From an uncultured Nitrospinota bacterium (lineage in GTDB: Bacteria > Tectomicrobia > Entotheonellia > J063 > CAVPRW01): 64,000 bases of DNA. A program made the translations under genes and the position numbers. The stretch is from NCBI GenBank assembly GCA_963707985.1, contig CAVPRW010000010.1:309987-373986 (forward strand), in the 5' to 3' direction. The notes under the pieces are model-generated. The model had not been told where the DNA came from, made no database searches, and was given only the letters and a program-made list of their open reading frames with translations. The first letter of the stretch is position 1. Each line of letters begins with the position of its first letter. This document shows, piece after piece, positions 10,953-21,579 of this stretch.

Positions 10953-12050
10953 ATGGGCAAAGTCACCACCCGCGTGGTTGCGATCGATCCAACCACGCCT
11001 GATCACACCGCCATCGCAGAGGCAGCCTCGATTATCCGGTCGGGGCAGCTGGTGGCCTTTCCGACTGAAACGGTGTATGGGCTCGGGGCCGATGGCTTAA
11101 ACCCGATTGCTCTTGGGCGCGTCTATACGGTGAAAGGTCGACCCCCCGACAATCCCCTCATCCTCCATGTCGCCAACCGAGACCAGCTCGCCCTCGTGGC
11201 GGCGGACGTCCCCTCGATTGCTCAGCGCCTGATGCAGGCGTTCTGGCCGGGGCCGTTGACCCTCATCCTACCGAAGACTGCCGGCGTACCGGACCTTGCC
11301 ACCGCAGGGTTGCCCACGGTGGCTGTCCGGATGCCTGCCCATCCCGTCGCACTTGCCCTCATCATTACGGCCGACACACCGCTCGCGGCTCCCAGCGCCA
11401 ATCGCTCCGGCCTACCTAGTCCTACCACCGCACAACATGCCTTCGACGATCTTCGTGGCCGCATCCCCCTAATCCTGGATGCAGGGCCAACCCGTATTGG
11501 ACTCGAATCGACCGTGCTTGATGTGACCTGTATCCCACCAATCATCCTACGCCCCGGAGGTATTGCCCGGGATGCTATCGAAGCCGTGGTCGGCCATTTG
11601 CAAGACGTGGTAAGCCTGGCCCAGCACCAGCGGTCTCCAGGGACTCGCTATCGCCATTACAGTCCACGAGCCCGCGTGTGGCTCGTGGAAGACGCCCAGC
11701 CAGAGACGCTCCAGACAGCGGTAGCGGACGCGTTGCAGCATAGTGAGCAGGTTGGCTGTCTCCTGCACCGGCTTGAGCCCAACGACCTACCGCCCCTTGT
11801 CAAGGTGGTACAACTCAGAGGATCAGTGGCAGACTATGCCCAGGGGCTATTTTCAGCACTTCGTGGGCTGGATGGATTGGGACTTGATGTGATTGTGGTA
11901 GAGGGGGTTCAAGAGCAGGGGCTGGGGGTAGCTGTGATGGACCGGCTCCGGCGTGCTGCCTCGCCTCCTGCTGCCTCGCCGGGCTTCACCGAAGAGTCAC
12001 TTCCAGGCGCGCCGGCATCTGGGTGTCGAACGTTGGAACAACCCCTGTGA
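10953..12050 (+). CDS. sua5: L-threonylcarbamoyladenylate synthase (Sua5/TsaC with SUA5 C-domain)
   Basis: FPTETVYGLG, KGRPPDNPLI, APSANRSG, SPGTRYRHYSP; start at 10953 after the purC stop. Confidence 0.95.
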   Translation: MGKVTTRVVAIDPTTPDHTAIAEAASIIRSGQLVAFPTETVYGLGADGLNPIALGRVYTVKGRPPDNPLILHVANRDQLALVAADVPSIAQRLMQAFWPGPLTLILPKTAGVPDLATAGLPTVAVRMPAHPVALALIITADTPLAAPSANRSGLPSPTTAQHAFDDLRGRIPLILDAGPTRIGLESTVLDVTCIPPIILRPGGIARDAIEAVVGHLQDVVSLAQHQRSPGTRYRHYSPRARVWLVEDAQPETLQTAVADALQHSEQVGCLLHRLEPNDLPPLVKVVQLRGSVADYAQGLFSALRGLDGLGLDVIVVEGVQEQGLGVAVMDRLRRAASPPAASPGFTEESLPGAPASGCRTLEQPL

Positions 12051-12237
12051 CGGTATAGGTCCCTTGCACCAGCCTTGCCCCCACAACCACACGATACGTG
12101 AGGTGCCCGCCGTCAGGTAACTGCGTCTCCTGGCCGAGCAGGTGCGCAACCATCCGGTTTGCCGACCAACGCCAGACCTCCTGACCTTATGAGTTCCGGA
12201 TCAGGAAGTCGTAGTGCTGGCCCCGTTACCCTCGACG

Positions 12238-13455
12238 TTAAAAGCCCCCCACATGAAGGCGGGTAATTGCCCGTCCATCTTTACTTTGGGTGCCCGTTTG
12301 CACAGCACTGTCTTTAATCGCCTGCTCAATCTGGGCAGGGGTGGCTGTTGGATGCGAGGATAAGAACAGGGCTGCTGCCCCGGCCACATGTGGGGAGGCC
12401 ATCGAGGTGCCAGAGAGAACTTGCGTCCCACCTCCCAATTTGGTGGAGAGAATGCTTACCCCCGGAGCCCAGATATCCACACAGTTACCGTAGTTGCTGA
12501 AGCCTGCCTCCTGCTCATCCATATCTGTGGCGGCCACTGTCATCACCCCATCTATGGTTCCAAGGCGCGACGGTGAGCCATTGCATGCATCAGCACTCTC
12601 ATTCCCTGCTGCCACAGCATAGAAGAAGCCAGCGTTCACCGAATTGGTCACGGCTGTGTCCAGAGCTTGGCTGGCCGCTCCACCCAGACTCATGTTGACC
12701 ACCCCCGGTTTGGGGCCGTCGGCCGTCACCAGGTCCACCCCTTTGATCACGCTGGAGGTCGACCCGGTGCCGAGACAAGAGAGCACTTTAATTCCAGCCA
12801 ATGGTGCTCCCGGCGCAACTCCCACCACGTTAAGGTCGTTATCCTGGGCGGAGGCTGTCCCCGCAACATGGGTGCCGTGACCTTGGCAGTCTGTATTGAG
12901 GAAGTCCGGAAATGGCAGCAGCTTAACATGGGCCACAACGTTGAGATCGCCTTGTCCGGAGTCGATGCCGGTATCAATGATATAGACTATTACGTTAGTG
13001 ATCGCACCCTGACCATCTCCCGCGTGCGTGGAGCTGAGATCGGCGTCGATGCGATCGATCCCCCAAGGAAGCTGCTGGGCCTTCATCCTCATCTCACCGT
13101 CAGGTTCCATGGAGGCCACCCATGGATGTCCCTTGAGGAGGTCGATTTGCTGGTCGGTCAGGCGGGCAGCAAACCCACGCAGCGCAGCGCTATAGACATG
13201 ATCAGCATGAAATCCAAACGCGCTTTCAAGGGCTTGGACGGCTCCCAAGACGTTGCGATCGAGGTAGCTCCATGCCGGAGGGTCTTGACGTTCTCGCTCG
13301 CCAGGTTGATACCGCTCACCCAAATTGTCAAATGGTGTTTGTACATCAAACACAACAATCATCGACATACGGCTTTGCTGAGCCCAGACCAGGTCAGTAT
13401 AGATAAGTGGCAGCGCCATCATAATTAGCAGGCCTAGTTGCTTCCGATAGACCAT
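12238..13455 (-). CDS. Secreted S8 subtilase (proteinase K/aqualysin-like) with I9 propeptide
   Basis: Signal peptide; catalytic triad IDTG, HGTHVAG, GTSMASPHVAG. Confidence 0.93.
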   Translation of the reverse strand: MVYRKQLGLLIMMALPLIYTDLVWAQQSRMSMIVVFDVQTPFDNLGERYQPGERERQDPPAWSYLDRNVLGAVQALESAFGFHADHVYSAALRGFAARLTDQQIDLLKGHPWVASMEPDGEMRMKAQQLPWGIDRIDADLSSTHAGDGQGAITNVIVYIIDTGIDSGQGDLNVVAHVKLLPFPDFLNTDCQGHGTHVAGTASAQDNDLNVVGVAPGAPLAGIKVLSCLGTGSTSSVIKGVDLVTADGPKPGVVNMSLGGAASQALDTAVTNSVNAGFFYAVAAGNESADACNGSPSRLGTIDGVMTVAATDMDEQEAGFSNYGNCVDIWAPGVSILSTKLGGGTQVLSGTSMASPHVAGAAALFLSSHPTATPAQIEQAIKDSAVQTGTQSKDGRAITRLHVGGF

Positions 13456-14174
13456 ACACTTCTCCTCCTCTACCGCTATTTTCATGCTACTCCACCCTTG
13501 CGTGGTCAGGTGGTATGTTCCCCAGCCTCCCAACCACGAGACGCACACCTGCACACGTTAGACGTCGCGAGGTCGAGATCGCACCGCTATCAGATTGGGT
13601 ATTCGACGGAAAAGCGGAGACGCGTGTGGGGTCGCCACGCCCGGAGAGGAACCTAGAAAATTTGCTGCTTCGTGACACGCGGGGAGGAGGGAGCACGATC
13701 GAGGAAGGAAGCCTCCAGGGGGAACCGCAGGCAAGGAACTGCTTATACGAGTCCATTCAAAACATGTCCTTTGACGTTCAGAAGGCTTTTCGTAACGCTT
13801 GCCAGCGAAGCATGGGATCCATGAATTTCTCCATCATATATCAATTATATTCAAAAATCATTAAAAATATCAATCGAGATGTGAGCGAGCAATTACCATG
13901 ATGTGTAGAGCAATCATTTATCCAAGACGCCCCACTGTCACCTCTCGCATACAGGGGGGCGTTTGCGTGAAGTCAGGCATCTGAGGAAAGTGCAGCTAGG
14001 GGGAAGAGCTGTCTTTTTGCTGCGCAATGCCAAGCCTGTGAGGTGTTCCATTACCACTGGTGCCCTCCTCGATCATGCCTTCCATGCAATCGATTTGCCA
14101 TACTGATCGATGAGAACACTTCAGCACATAACACCATACTTGCTTAGAGGAGTCATGCGCAGTCAAAGCCTCAC

Positions 14175-14543
14175 TTAAGCTCGCCGTCTCCGACCAGGCC
14201 GTGATCCAGGGCGTCGCTGTTGCGCCGCTTGTAGACGTGCCGCAACCTCTTTCGCTTGCTTAATGTCTTCGTCGGTGGAACGCCAGAATAGTAACCCTCC
14301 TGGCACACGTCGCACCGTCACTGGTACACGCTGTTCACCGGCAACGCGAAGAATGCGGTTCTTCATGGTGACAGGACTCACACCTGGTGGCAAATTCATA
14401 CGCGCCGCGCTATTGGAAAGCGAGGAGATCTTGCTCTTGAGGGCGTTGTAGAGGATGGGATCCATCCGCGGTCCACGCCCCATTTTGCGCGCCTCCTCTA
14501 AGGGAATATCTTCAAACTCTATCGCCAACTTCCGGTCGTCCAT
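14175..14543 (-). CDS. Hypothetical basic protein (122 aa)
   Basis: GGAGG upstream, protein-like composition, Arg-rich C-tail; no family recognised. Confidence 0.7.
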   Translation of the reverse strand: MDDRKLAIEFEDIPLEEARKMGRGPRMDPILYNALKSKISSLSNSAARMNLPPGVSPVTMKNRILRVAGEQRVPVTVRRVPGGLLFWRSTDEDIKQAKEVAARLQAAQQRRPGSRPGRRRRA

Positions 14544-15272
14544 GTTCTTCGCCTCCCGCTATCACTAACTTGTACCCACGCTGTTTCTTCAGGAATCATT
14601 CTACTCATCCACTATAACACATGGAAAGGTGTTTGCAATAGAATTATATGAAAAGAGATGCTTTTCTCCGAGTGATCTTCACTGATGCACGACATTTCGT
14701 GCACCAAGGTATAGCCGATTACACGTCCATGAAGTGCCATTAGATCAGTCTCAAAAGTGAGACGAAATAGAATGCCTTCTTGGAACCAGACGCCGGACCA
14801 GTCAAGCACATGTATGGGGTCCTGTCAAAATTGGGGCCAGATGAGTAGTCTCAAGGCAATGGCTCTATCCGTACTCGGAGATCTCATGAAGCATTGTAAC
14901 ATATCCAATCAGATGAGGCATGTGCACCTGGATGCCGATGTTACACACTGAACGGCAACTGGGTATGGTGACAGGAGGCATTCACCCCCACGATTGTCTG
15001 CGCCATGACCGCCAATGAAGGCTATGACCATACTGTAGAGCACCGCGAGTGCTCTTCCCGGAGCAGGTGGCAATTAAGCCCGACAGGGATGGACGCGGTT
15101 CTTGTCTGGTGGCCGTAGCTCGGCAGAGTAAACCCCACGCTCTTGCCCAACGTGGCAAGAGAGGGTGAAGGGAAGCGATCATCAGGGGTATGCTGGTGAA
15201 AGCACTTATCGAGGGCGGAATCCGGGAGCCAGCATCGCTGCAGTGGCTCCCGGCGGGTCGGAAGGTGACAGG

Positions 15273-16727
15273 TTAGGCGTGCAGGAGTTCGATCGCCTCC
15301 TCGTAGATTTCCATATTCTTGCCGAAGGAAATCGCTGCCGCTTGGGCCCCCGCGATGAGATGGCGCCAGCGCCAGGGCGCACGCGTCGCATAGAACTCCT
15401 CGACGACGGCTTGATGGTGCTTGAAGGCATGCATTTCGGTGAAGTTATCGTGGCACGCAATCTCGGCCAGGCGTGTAATCAAGGCGGTCGCGTCGTAGCC
15501 GAAGTTGACATATTGCTGGGCGAGGTTCACCGTGATTTTAACCTCCGGCACGGCCCGCAATTGTCCAAGATTGGCCACTGTTGCCCAGTCGATTGGTGGC
15601 TGGTGATAGATACTGTCGGCCAGGGCATCCAATAGCTCGTCTTGTGTGCGATAGGGAAGGGCCGCCACGGCCCCGGCATCAGGCTGGGGCAATGGCTCCA
15701 TTCGCCTTTGCGTCGATCGCACCTCCGGCCCTGTATGCCACATCAGCAACGCCAGCAGCTTATTGCGCAAGCTCAGGCCATCCAGTTGCATGAGGTAGCG
15801 ACGGAGATTCACCCCGGTATGCAGATGAACATCCATCGGATTGCCGGTCAGCGAGCGCAAAAACAAGCTTGCCGCTCCGATCGAGAGAGCCTCACCGGCC
15901 CCTTCCAATGAAATCCCATCGGCAAGAGCTTTGGCAAGCATCTCCGGGATCTCTGCATAGGTGTTACACTGTCCGATGCGTTCGCCGAGGTCACCGATGG
16001 CCGGTGTTTCATCGTTTCCAGTGTGCTGCCGCAGCGCTCGTGTCAAGAGCTGATATTCGTCGAGAAGCCCCTCGAACTCAGGAATCGCCGGTGGCGTCGG
16101 AAAGCGGGTCACGTAGCGCACGGCAGGCCGCATGAGGATGGGAAGATACTCACGCCCCAACCATTCGACCGCTCTCCAGGTGAAGGACGGAAAGATGAAA
16201 TAATGATCATCCTGCACGTTCTTGGGGATCGCAACCGTCAACAACAAATCCAGGGCTTCGACCGCTGGGATGTTGTCCCAGAGCCAGAGAAAATAGTGAT
16301 CAGCCTGATTGTATACCCCACGGTCGACGGCCCCGAGGAAAGCACGTTTGGTGGCTTCGACGCCTCCCGCGTCGATGGGCTCGAAGTCAGGCAGCATGTA
16401 TGGCCCCATACCGGGATGATGAATGTGCTTATTCGACAGGGCAACGTGCTGCAGGACGGGTAGAAAACGGTTTTCGGCCGACACGCGCTCGGCGATATGC
16501 CGGATCGCATGAATGCCTACTAACGGATGCAAGGGGCCGCCATGATGCCCCGGCGGGAGGTCTGATGAGCGTGTCACCGCCAGTGCTGAAGCGGTCAGCA
16601 TGGTCTTAATAGGTACACCACCCCGAAGTTTTTCCAAGGTTTGTTCGATAATCTCACTCGGAGCAGTTTCCTCGATAAACTGCACGAGAGGTTCGATCTC
16701 GTTAGCAAATTGCACGCGTCGATACAT
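15273..16727 (-). CDS. Hypothetical His-rich helical protein (~484 aa)
   Basis: Long ORF with AAGGAG RBS before MYRRVQF; several His motifs; no family recognised with confidence. Confidence 0.8.
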   Translation of the reverse strand: MYRRVQFANEIEPLVQFIEETAPSEIIEQTLEKLRGGVPIKTMLTASALAVTRSSDLPPGHHGGPLHPLVGIHAIRHIAERVSAENRFLPVLQHVALSNKHIHHPGMGPYMLPDFEPIDAGGVEATKRAFLGAVDRGVYNQADHYFLWLWDNIPAVEALDLLLTVAIPKNVQDDHYFIFPSFTWRAVEWLGREYLPILMRPAVRYVTRFPTPPAIPEFEGLLDEYQLLTRALRQHTGNDETPAIGDLGERIGQCNTYAEIPEMLAKALADGISLEGAGEALSIGAASLFLRSLTGNPMDVHLHTGVNLRRYLMQLDGLSLRNKLLALLMWHTGPEVRSTQRRMEPLPQPDAGAVAALPYRTQDELLDALADSIYHQPPIDWATVANLGQLRAVPEVKITVNLAQQYVNFGYDATALITRLAEIACHDNFTEMHAFKHHQAVVEEFYATRAPWRWRHLIAGAQAAAISFGKNMEIYEEAIELLHA

Positions 16728-17545
16728 GCTTGTCTCCTTCCCTGCTCTCAACCCAGCATTGCTGGCCATGTGGTCTGTTCAGTCAGGCACGCCATCGCAG
16801 TTCGTCATCATGCCCTGCGTGGATGCGATCTTTCAAGGCATGTCGCCATGTCTTCAGATCTGACATTACACACCGACATCATCCTTGGCAAGGATATTCT
16901 GCATTGCGATGCTTTTCCAACCCTTCGCAACAAGCATTCCGTACCATCCAAGACTCGACGCCAACCCCCTGTTCAAGCTGGGCGAAAAATCGGCGGTCGC
17001 ATGCGCCAATTATGGTAGGATAAGCGGCAAACTTCCAGCCAAGGGGGACCTTCTGGAAGAGGTGGTGCTAACCAGGTCACGCCCAGCGGTGGCTGGCAAT
17101 CAAGCCTTCATCGACCGGCAGTCCTATCAATGGTGGGTAACGCGGCCTCGGGTTTGCTGAATATGACCCGCCAAATCTCCGGCATGGGCGGCATTGCCCT
17201 GGCTGGAGTGCTGCTCGAAGGCTGGCATCATGTGCACTACCCCGCGCAGGCGCCAAGTATCTCGCCGCGTCCGCAGCCAATGTAGGTCACGTGCAGCACA
17301 TGTTGGAAGCGATGCTGCAACGCAGCGGAAACGTTGGCAGGCTTCTGCAAATCCGAACCGAGGCAGTGGTGAGTCGCTATCTAAGCCAGGAATCGCTTGT
17401 TGTCGCCTTTCAAGACTGTTTTATCGTGTTCACCTGAGTGCTCGTGGCTGTCGCTGGCGCAAGCGTCTGTATTCCAGACGGGAATAAGGTCAAATCGTCG
17501 CTGACCGTGTCATGGCCGTTGGGTCTAGAGAAAAGGGGGAGAACC

Positions 17546-18682
17546 ATGAAAATCACCGGAATCGAAGCACTGGCCATCTCCGTACCTGTAAAGGCCAGCT
17601 TCTGGACCTCTTTGCAAGCAATGGGGGGTGGCAAGGCCGTGAGCGAGTTGATCGTCAAGGTGCATACCGACGACGGTCTCGTTGGCCTCGGCGAGGGGCA
17701 CGGCGGACCACCGCTCGCCGCTGCCAACCTGATCCAGAACGAGTTGCAAGCACTGCTGATCGGCGAAGACCCATTGCGACCGGAATATCTCTGGAAAAAG
17801 CTCTTTTCCATTACCCACACCCGGCGCTCCGCCTGGGAGGTGTGGGGCATCAGTCGCGAACAGCTCGAAGTCGCCCTCGCCGCCATCGACATTGCCCTGT
17901 GGGACCTCGTCGGCAAGCAGGCGGGGTTACCATTATTCCGCATCCTGGGCGGATATACGACGCAGGTGCCCGCCTACGTCACTGGCGGCTACTACACCGA
18001 AGGCCGTGGTATTTCCGAGCTGATCACCGAGTGTCAAGGATACGTCGAAGCCGGCTACCGCGCCATCAAGATCAAAGTCGGCGGCACGACGCTTGATGAA
18101 GATGTGAAGCGGGTCCAAGCCTTGCGCCAGGCGCTGGGGGATGACATCAACCTTAGTCTGGATGCCAATCGCGCCTGGGATGTGAAAACTGCCATCGAGG
18201 CCGCCCAGCGATTTGCAGACTGCCATCCCCGCTGGATCGAAGAGCCTATCCAGTGGTATGACGATATTCGGGCCCTGGCCATCCTGAAGCAGAACACCCA
18301 TCTCCCCCTGGCCAGTGGCGAAAGCGCCCACACGCGCTTCGAAGCTCGCGAGTTGATCGAGCAACGCGCCATCGATATCCTGCAGTTCGATGGGACGAAG
18401 AACGGGGGGATCACGGAATGGCGCAAGATCGCCGGCATGTGCAGCATGTACCACGTCGACATCGCGCCGCACCATGATCCTCAGATTCATGGCCACCTGG
18501 TGGCAGCCTCTCCCAATGGCCTGACGGTAGAGTCGTTCCACAACCCCGATCGCGATCCCCTCTGGCCCGATCTTTACGCCGAAAGCGCCCGCCTCGAGGG
18601 GGGTACGCTCTTTCTCAGCGAACGGCCCGGTCTAGGGATCAGCTTTAATGAGGACTTTGTGCAAAAATACCGGCAGAACTGA
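17546..18682 (+). CDS. Mandelate racemase/muconate lactonizing enzyme family protein
   Basis: AIDIALWDLVGK, KIKVG, DAN, WIEEP, SGES, APH motifs. Confidence 0.93.
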   Translation: MKITGIEALAISVPVKASFWTSLQAMGGGKAVSELIVKVHTDDGLVGLGEGHGGPPLAAANLIQNELQALLIGEDPLRPEYLWKKLFSITHTRRSAWEVWGISREQLEVALAAIDIALWDLVGKQAGLPLFRILGGYTTQVPAYVTGGYYTEGRGISELITECQGYVEAGYRAIKIKVGGTTLDEDVKRVQALRQALGDDINLSLDANRAWDVKTAIEAAQRFADCHPRWIEEPIQWYDDIRALAILKQNTHLPLASGESAHTRFEARELIEQRAIDILQFDGTKNGGITEWRKIAGMCSMYHVDIAPHHDPQIHGHLVAASPNGLTVESFHNPDRDPLWPDLYAESARLEGGTLFLSERPGLGISFNEDFVQKYRQN

Positions 18683-18784
18683 GGCGGAACGCTGTTGACC
18701 TCTGCTCACCGGTCAGCGAGGCGGGATTTGCGGAGTCGTCTTCTGCGTAGCACATTCACCCCGGTTCTTACCAAGCTCGCGAGT

Positions 18785-18965
18785 CAGAACAGGTGGTCAA
18801 AGTGCTGCGTCAAAAGACGCGCGGCGCTGGCTGGGATGACCAGGGCGGCAGTGAAGAGCGTGACCCCCATGACCTGCATATGAGATTGGCATCACCGCCG
18901 CCAGGATCGGGGCGAAGGCGAAGAAAAGAGCCCGCAGGTCAGCGGCTCCAATAGGGAGGTGAGAG
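18785..18965 (-). pseudogene. Metal ABC transporter permease (ZnuB/MntB-like), largely deleted remnant
   Basis: Minus strand gives LTSLLEPLT, then MQVMGVTLFTAALVIPASAARLLTQHFDHLF*; immediately downstream of the metal ABC ATPase. Confidence 0.7.
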
Positions 18966-18970
18966 GCCAC

Positions 18971-19876
18971 TCAGTCAAGCTGATCACCGTGACGGCCCTG
19001 ATAGGCCAGTGGGCTGTTGGCCACCAAGAGATAGCCGTGTTGTCGGAGGACCAGCATCTCCGAGGCATAGGTCGCGCGCAGAATTTCCGTCGTGAACACC
19101 ATATCCGGTGGCCCTTGGGCGATCACGCCGCGATTGAAACAGATCAACCATGGCAGATGAGCGGCCACAGCATTGAGGTCATGTGTCGTCAGCACAATGG
19201 TGATCCCCTGATCACATAGGTCTCTCAGCAGGTGTAAGATGTCGTGCTGCGTCTTCAGATCGACACCCATCGTCGGCTCGTCCAGAATGAGCAGTTGTGG
19301 TTTGCCTAAGAGGGCGCGTGCCAGAAAGACGCGTTGCTGCTGACCTCCCGACAATTCGCGAATATGTTGCCCGATACACCCACCTATCCCCAGCTGTTCC
19401 ATGAGCTGCAATGCCGCCCCACGCTCGGATGCCCTGCACCACGGCAGCCAACTCATACCGCGATAGGCTCCCATAAGTACCACCTGCTCAGCGGTGACTG
19501 GAAACTGCCAGTCGAGTGTCTCGAGCTGAGGGACGTAACCAATGCGCGCCCGCGTCGCCCGAGTCACCGGGGCCCCGAACACGCGCACGGTCCCCTGCCA
19601 TGGACGCACCAGCCCGAGCAGAGCTTTTAATAGAGTGGTCTTGCCCGAACCGGTTGGTCCCACCAAACCCGTGAGTTGGCCGGCGTGGAAGGTCAATGTC
19701 ACATCGCGGAAGATGGGTTGGCGATGATAGCCACAGGTGATGGACTGCAGGTTAGCCACAACTTCGCCACTCAAAGCCTGGCTGTCCCAAGGGTCGAGAC
19801 TCTTGCCCGAGTGTTTCGCATCAGAGAGTGCTGTATCCGCCCAGGGCTCCCGACCTCCTGGTGAGTGGAGATTCAT
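18971..19876 (-). CDS. Metal (Zn/Mn/Ni) ABC transporter ATP-binding protein
   Basis: GPTGSGKT, IGYVPQ, FPVT, LSGGQQQR, LDEP, THDL. Confidence 0.92.
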   Translation of the reverse strand: MNLHSPGGREPWADTALSDAKHSGKSLDPWDSQALSGEVVANLQSITCGYHRQPIFRDVTLTFHAGQLTGLVGPTGSGKTTLLKALLGLVRPWQGTVRVFGAPVTRATRARIGYVPQLETLDWQFPVTAEQVVLMGAYRGMSWLPWCRASERGAALQLMEQLGIGGCIGQHIRELSGGQQQRVFLARALLGKPQLLILDEPTMGVDLKTQHDILHLLRDLCDQGITIVLTTHDLNAVAAHLPWLICFNRGVIAQGPPDMVFTTEILRATYASEMLVLRQHGYLLVANSPLAYQGRHGDQLD

Positions 19877-19942
19877 CGGCGCTCTTCCCTTCCATTACGA
19901 GTGCGAGACTGTCATATCTGGAGGTGATAAAAAGTACATACA

Positions 19943-19979
19943 TAACACTTCACAATGACGAAAAATATATTCGTGTTAC
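19943..19979. promoter_or_regulatory. Putative NikR operator
   Basis: CAATGACGAAAAATATATTCGTGTTAC (19953-19979) resembles the E. coli NikR site GTATGACGAATACTTAAAATCGTCATAC; TAACAC/GTGTTA inverted pair; lies between nikR and the metal ABC gene. Confidence 0.6.
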
Positions 19980-20078
19980 CTCTCGTGGTAAAAAGCCCTC
20001 AGATTTGAATACGACACCTTGTCCTCAGGGAGAGAGCTGTCTTGAGGAGAAGTTGGGTTGCATCACCCGTTCGGCTCT

Positions 20079-20112
20079 GCCCTCACCCAACCCCTCTCCC
20101 GAAGGCCGAAGA
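20079..20112. repeat. REP-like CCCTCACCC..CCCTCTCCC intergenic repeat (degenerate)
   Basis: Similar element at 31295-31330, with more distant copies at ~50912-50948 (inverted) and ~51970-51995. Confidence 0.45.
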
Positions 20113-20193
20113 AGCGGCTTCCAAGCGCCTATACCGGGAGATGGTCCAGGGAACACGCTGGGTGAGCGCTCACGCCGGAGGCGCTGTGCCCCA

Positions 20194-20613
20194 CTAGGTG
20201 AGATCGCTTCCTGCCGTCGTAAGGGTCAGTTTACCGTGTTTCACCCCTTTGGTACCAATGAGCTTGTCCGCGATGCGGCGAATTTCACCACTTTTCCCTC
20301 GGACCACCAGCACCTCCAGACAGTTTTCCGCATCGAGGTGGACATGCAGAGAGGCGATGACCGCGCCATAATTCTGATGCTGAAACTCGGTCAAGACATC
20401 GGTAAGCTGGCGCACATGGTGATTGTAAACAAAGGTCACCGTGCCTACCATCTCTCTCTCGTCGCGCTCAGCGGCAACGTCCACGAGCTCGTCACGGATG
20501 AGATCCCGAATCGCTTCCGAGCGATTGACATAACCTTTCTGAGCAATGAGTTGGTCAAACTGTTCAAGCAGACGAGTCTGGATGGAAACCCCAAAGCGTG
20601 TCAATTCAGCCAT
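20194..20613 (-). CDS. nikR: Nickel-responsive regulator
   Basis: RFGVSI RHH strand, [24 protein letters not shown] nickel site. Confidence 0.96.
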   Translation of the reverse strand: MAELTRFGVSIQTRLLEQFDQLIAQKGYVNRSEAIRDLIRDELVDVAAERDEREMVGTVTFVYNHHVRQLTDVLTEFQHQNYGAVIASLHVHLDAENCLEVLVVRGKSGEIRRIADKLIGTKGVKHGKLTLTTAGSDLT

Positions 20614-20638
20614 GCCACCCCTCCTCGCTTATTCGGGG

Positions 20639-20667
20639 AAGCTAACACTCCCCTATGACCCAGTCAA
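20639..20667 (-). promoter_or_regulatory. Candidate sigma70 promoter of nikR
   Basis: Minus strand TTGACT-N17-TAGCTT, 25 nt upstream of the start codon. Confidence 0.4.
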
Positions 20668-20905
20668 TGCTTTCTTTTGCAGCCGGGGTTATTGACTTGC
20701 AGTTGTCCGCACATAGGGGAGAAATGCTATTAAGACGCGTCTAATGCTGCCTATGAATGGGTTAAAGCGAAGCTCAGCGGAGATGATGGGCCATAGAGGC
20801 AAGCGCACTACCGCCGACATCCAAACGCCACAGCATCGCGACATAAGCATGGCGAATAAGGACACCCTGGATGGATCGGCAGGGTCGCGTCTGCACCAAC
20901 TCTTC

Positions 20906-21577
20906 TTAGGATACCGGCGTGCCAAGAAACTGCCGTATTGGAGCGATCGCGAGTAAGCGGTCGCCGAGAATCTTGCAGACCAACCCACCGAGGACGGCAC
21001 CACTGACGATGGCGATGCACAGCATGACAATGATGATACCGGCCGAGTGCGGGAAAATCAGCAACGGCGGCGCCACGAGGTTGACGCCACGGTTGGCAGC
21101 GACGTCAACGGCGAGGCTGACCCCATGGTCGACCGCGAGGTTGACCGCAAAACTTGCTGTTCCCGCCACGGCCCCTGCCACCAACATCGTCATCAAACCC
21201 CAGTTTTGGAAGCGCGCCCAGGCGAAAACCATTTCTAGCGCCAACCCCTGGAGCCATCCCAACACCAACATCAGCGCTCCCATCGGGCTGCCCAGCGCAC
21301 TTCCCAGGGCGTATGCCACCAGAGCGGCGCCGAACTCGCCCAGCAGCGCCGCACCCGACTTACGAATGGCATACGCCAGGATAAGCCCAGCCCAGTACCA
21401 GACGCCATAGAACAATCCACCCACCACATCCCCTAGGACGCGGCTCAGTAGCTGCACCGCCCAACCCCACAGGTAGAAGACGAACCCCAGTACAATGGCA
21501 GTTACGACCAACGCCAACACATCCCTTAACGTCCATCGCGTCGCCCACAACGGTTGGTCAGGTTGGTTCACGGACAT
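20906..21577 (-). CDS. ECF transporter S component, YkoE family
   Basis: WTLRDV, G-x-W...IRKSGAALLGE, QGL-x-x-E pattern; hydrophobic. Confidence 0.8.
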   Translation of the reverse strand: MSVNQPDQPLWATRWTLRDVLALVVTAIVLGFVFYLWGWAVQLLSRVLGDVVGGLFYGVWYWAGLILAYAIRKSGAALLGEFGAALVAYALGSALGSPMGALMLVLGWLQGLALEMVFAWARFQNWGLMTMLVAGAVAGTASFAVNLAVDHGVSLAVDVAANRGVNLVAPPLLIFPHSAGIIIVMLCIAIVSGAVLGGLVCKILGDRLLAIAPIRQFLGTPVS

Positions 21578-21579
21578 GG

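Noticed and set aside
16770..17500. Short ORFs or ncRNA in the long divergent intergenic region
   Set aside because: No recognisable motifs, RBS or convincing structure
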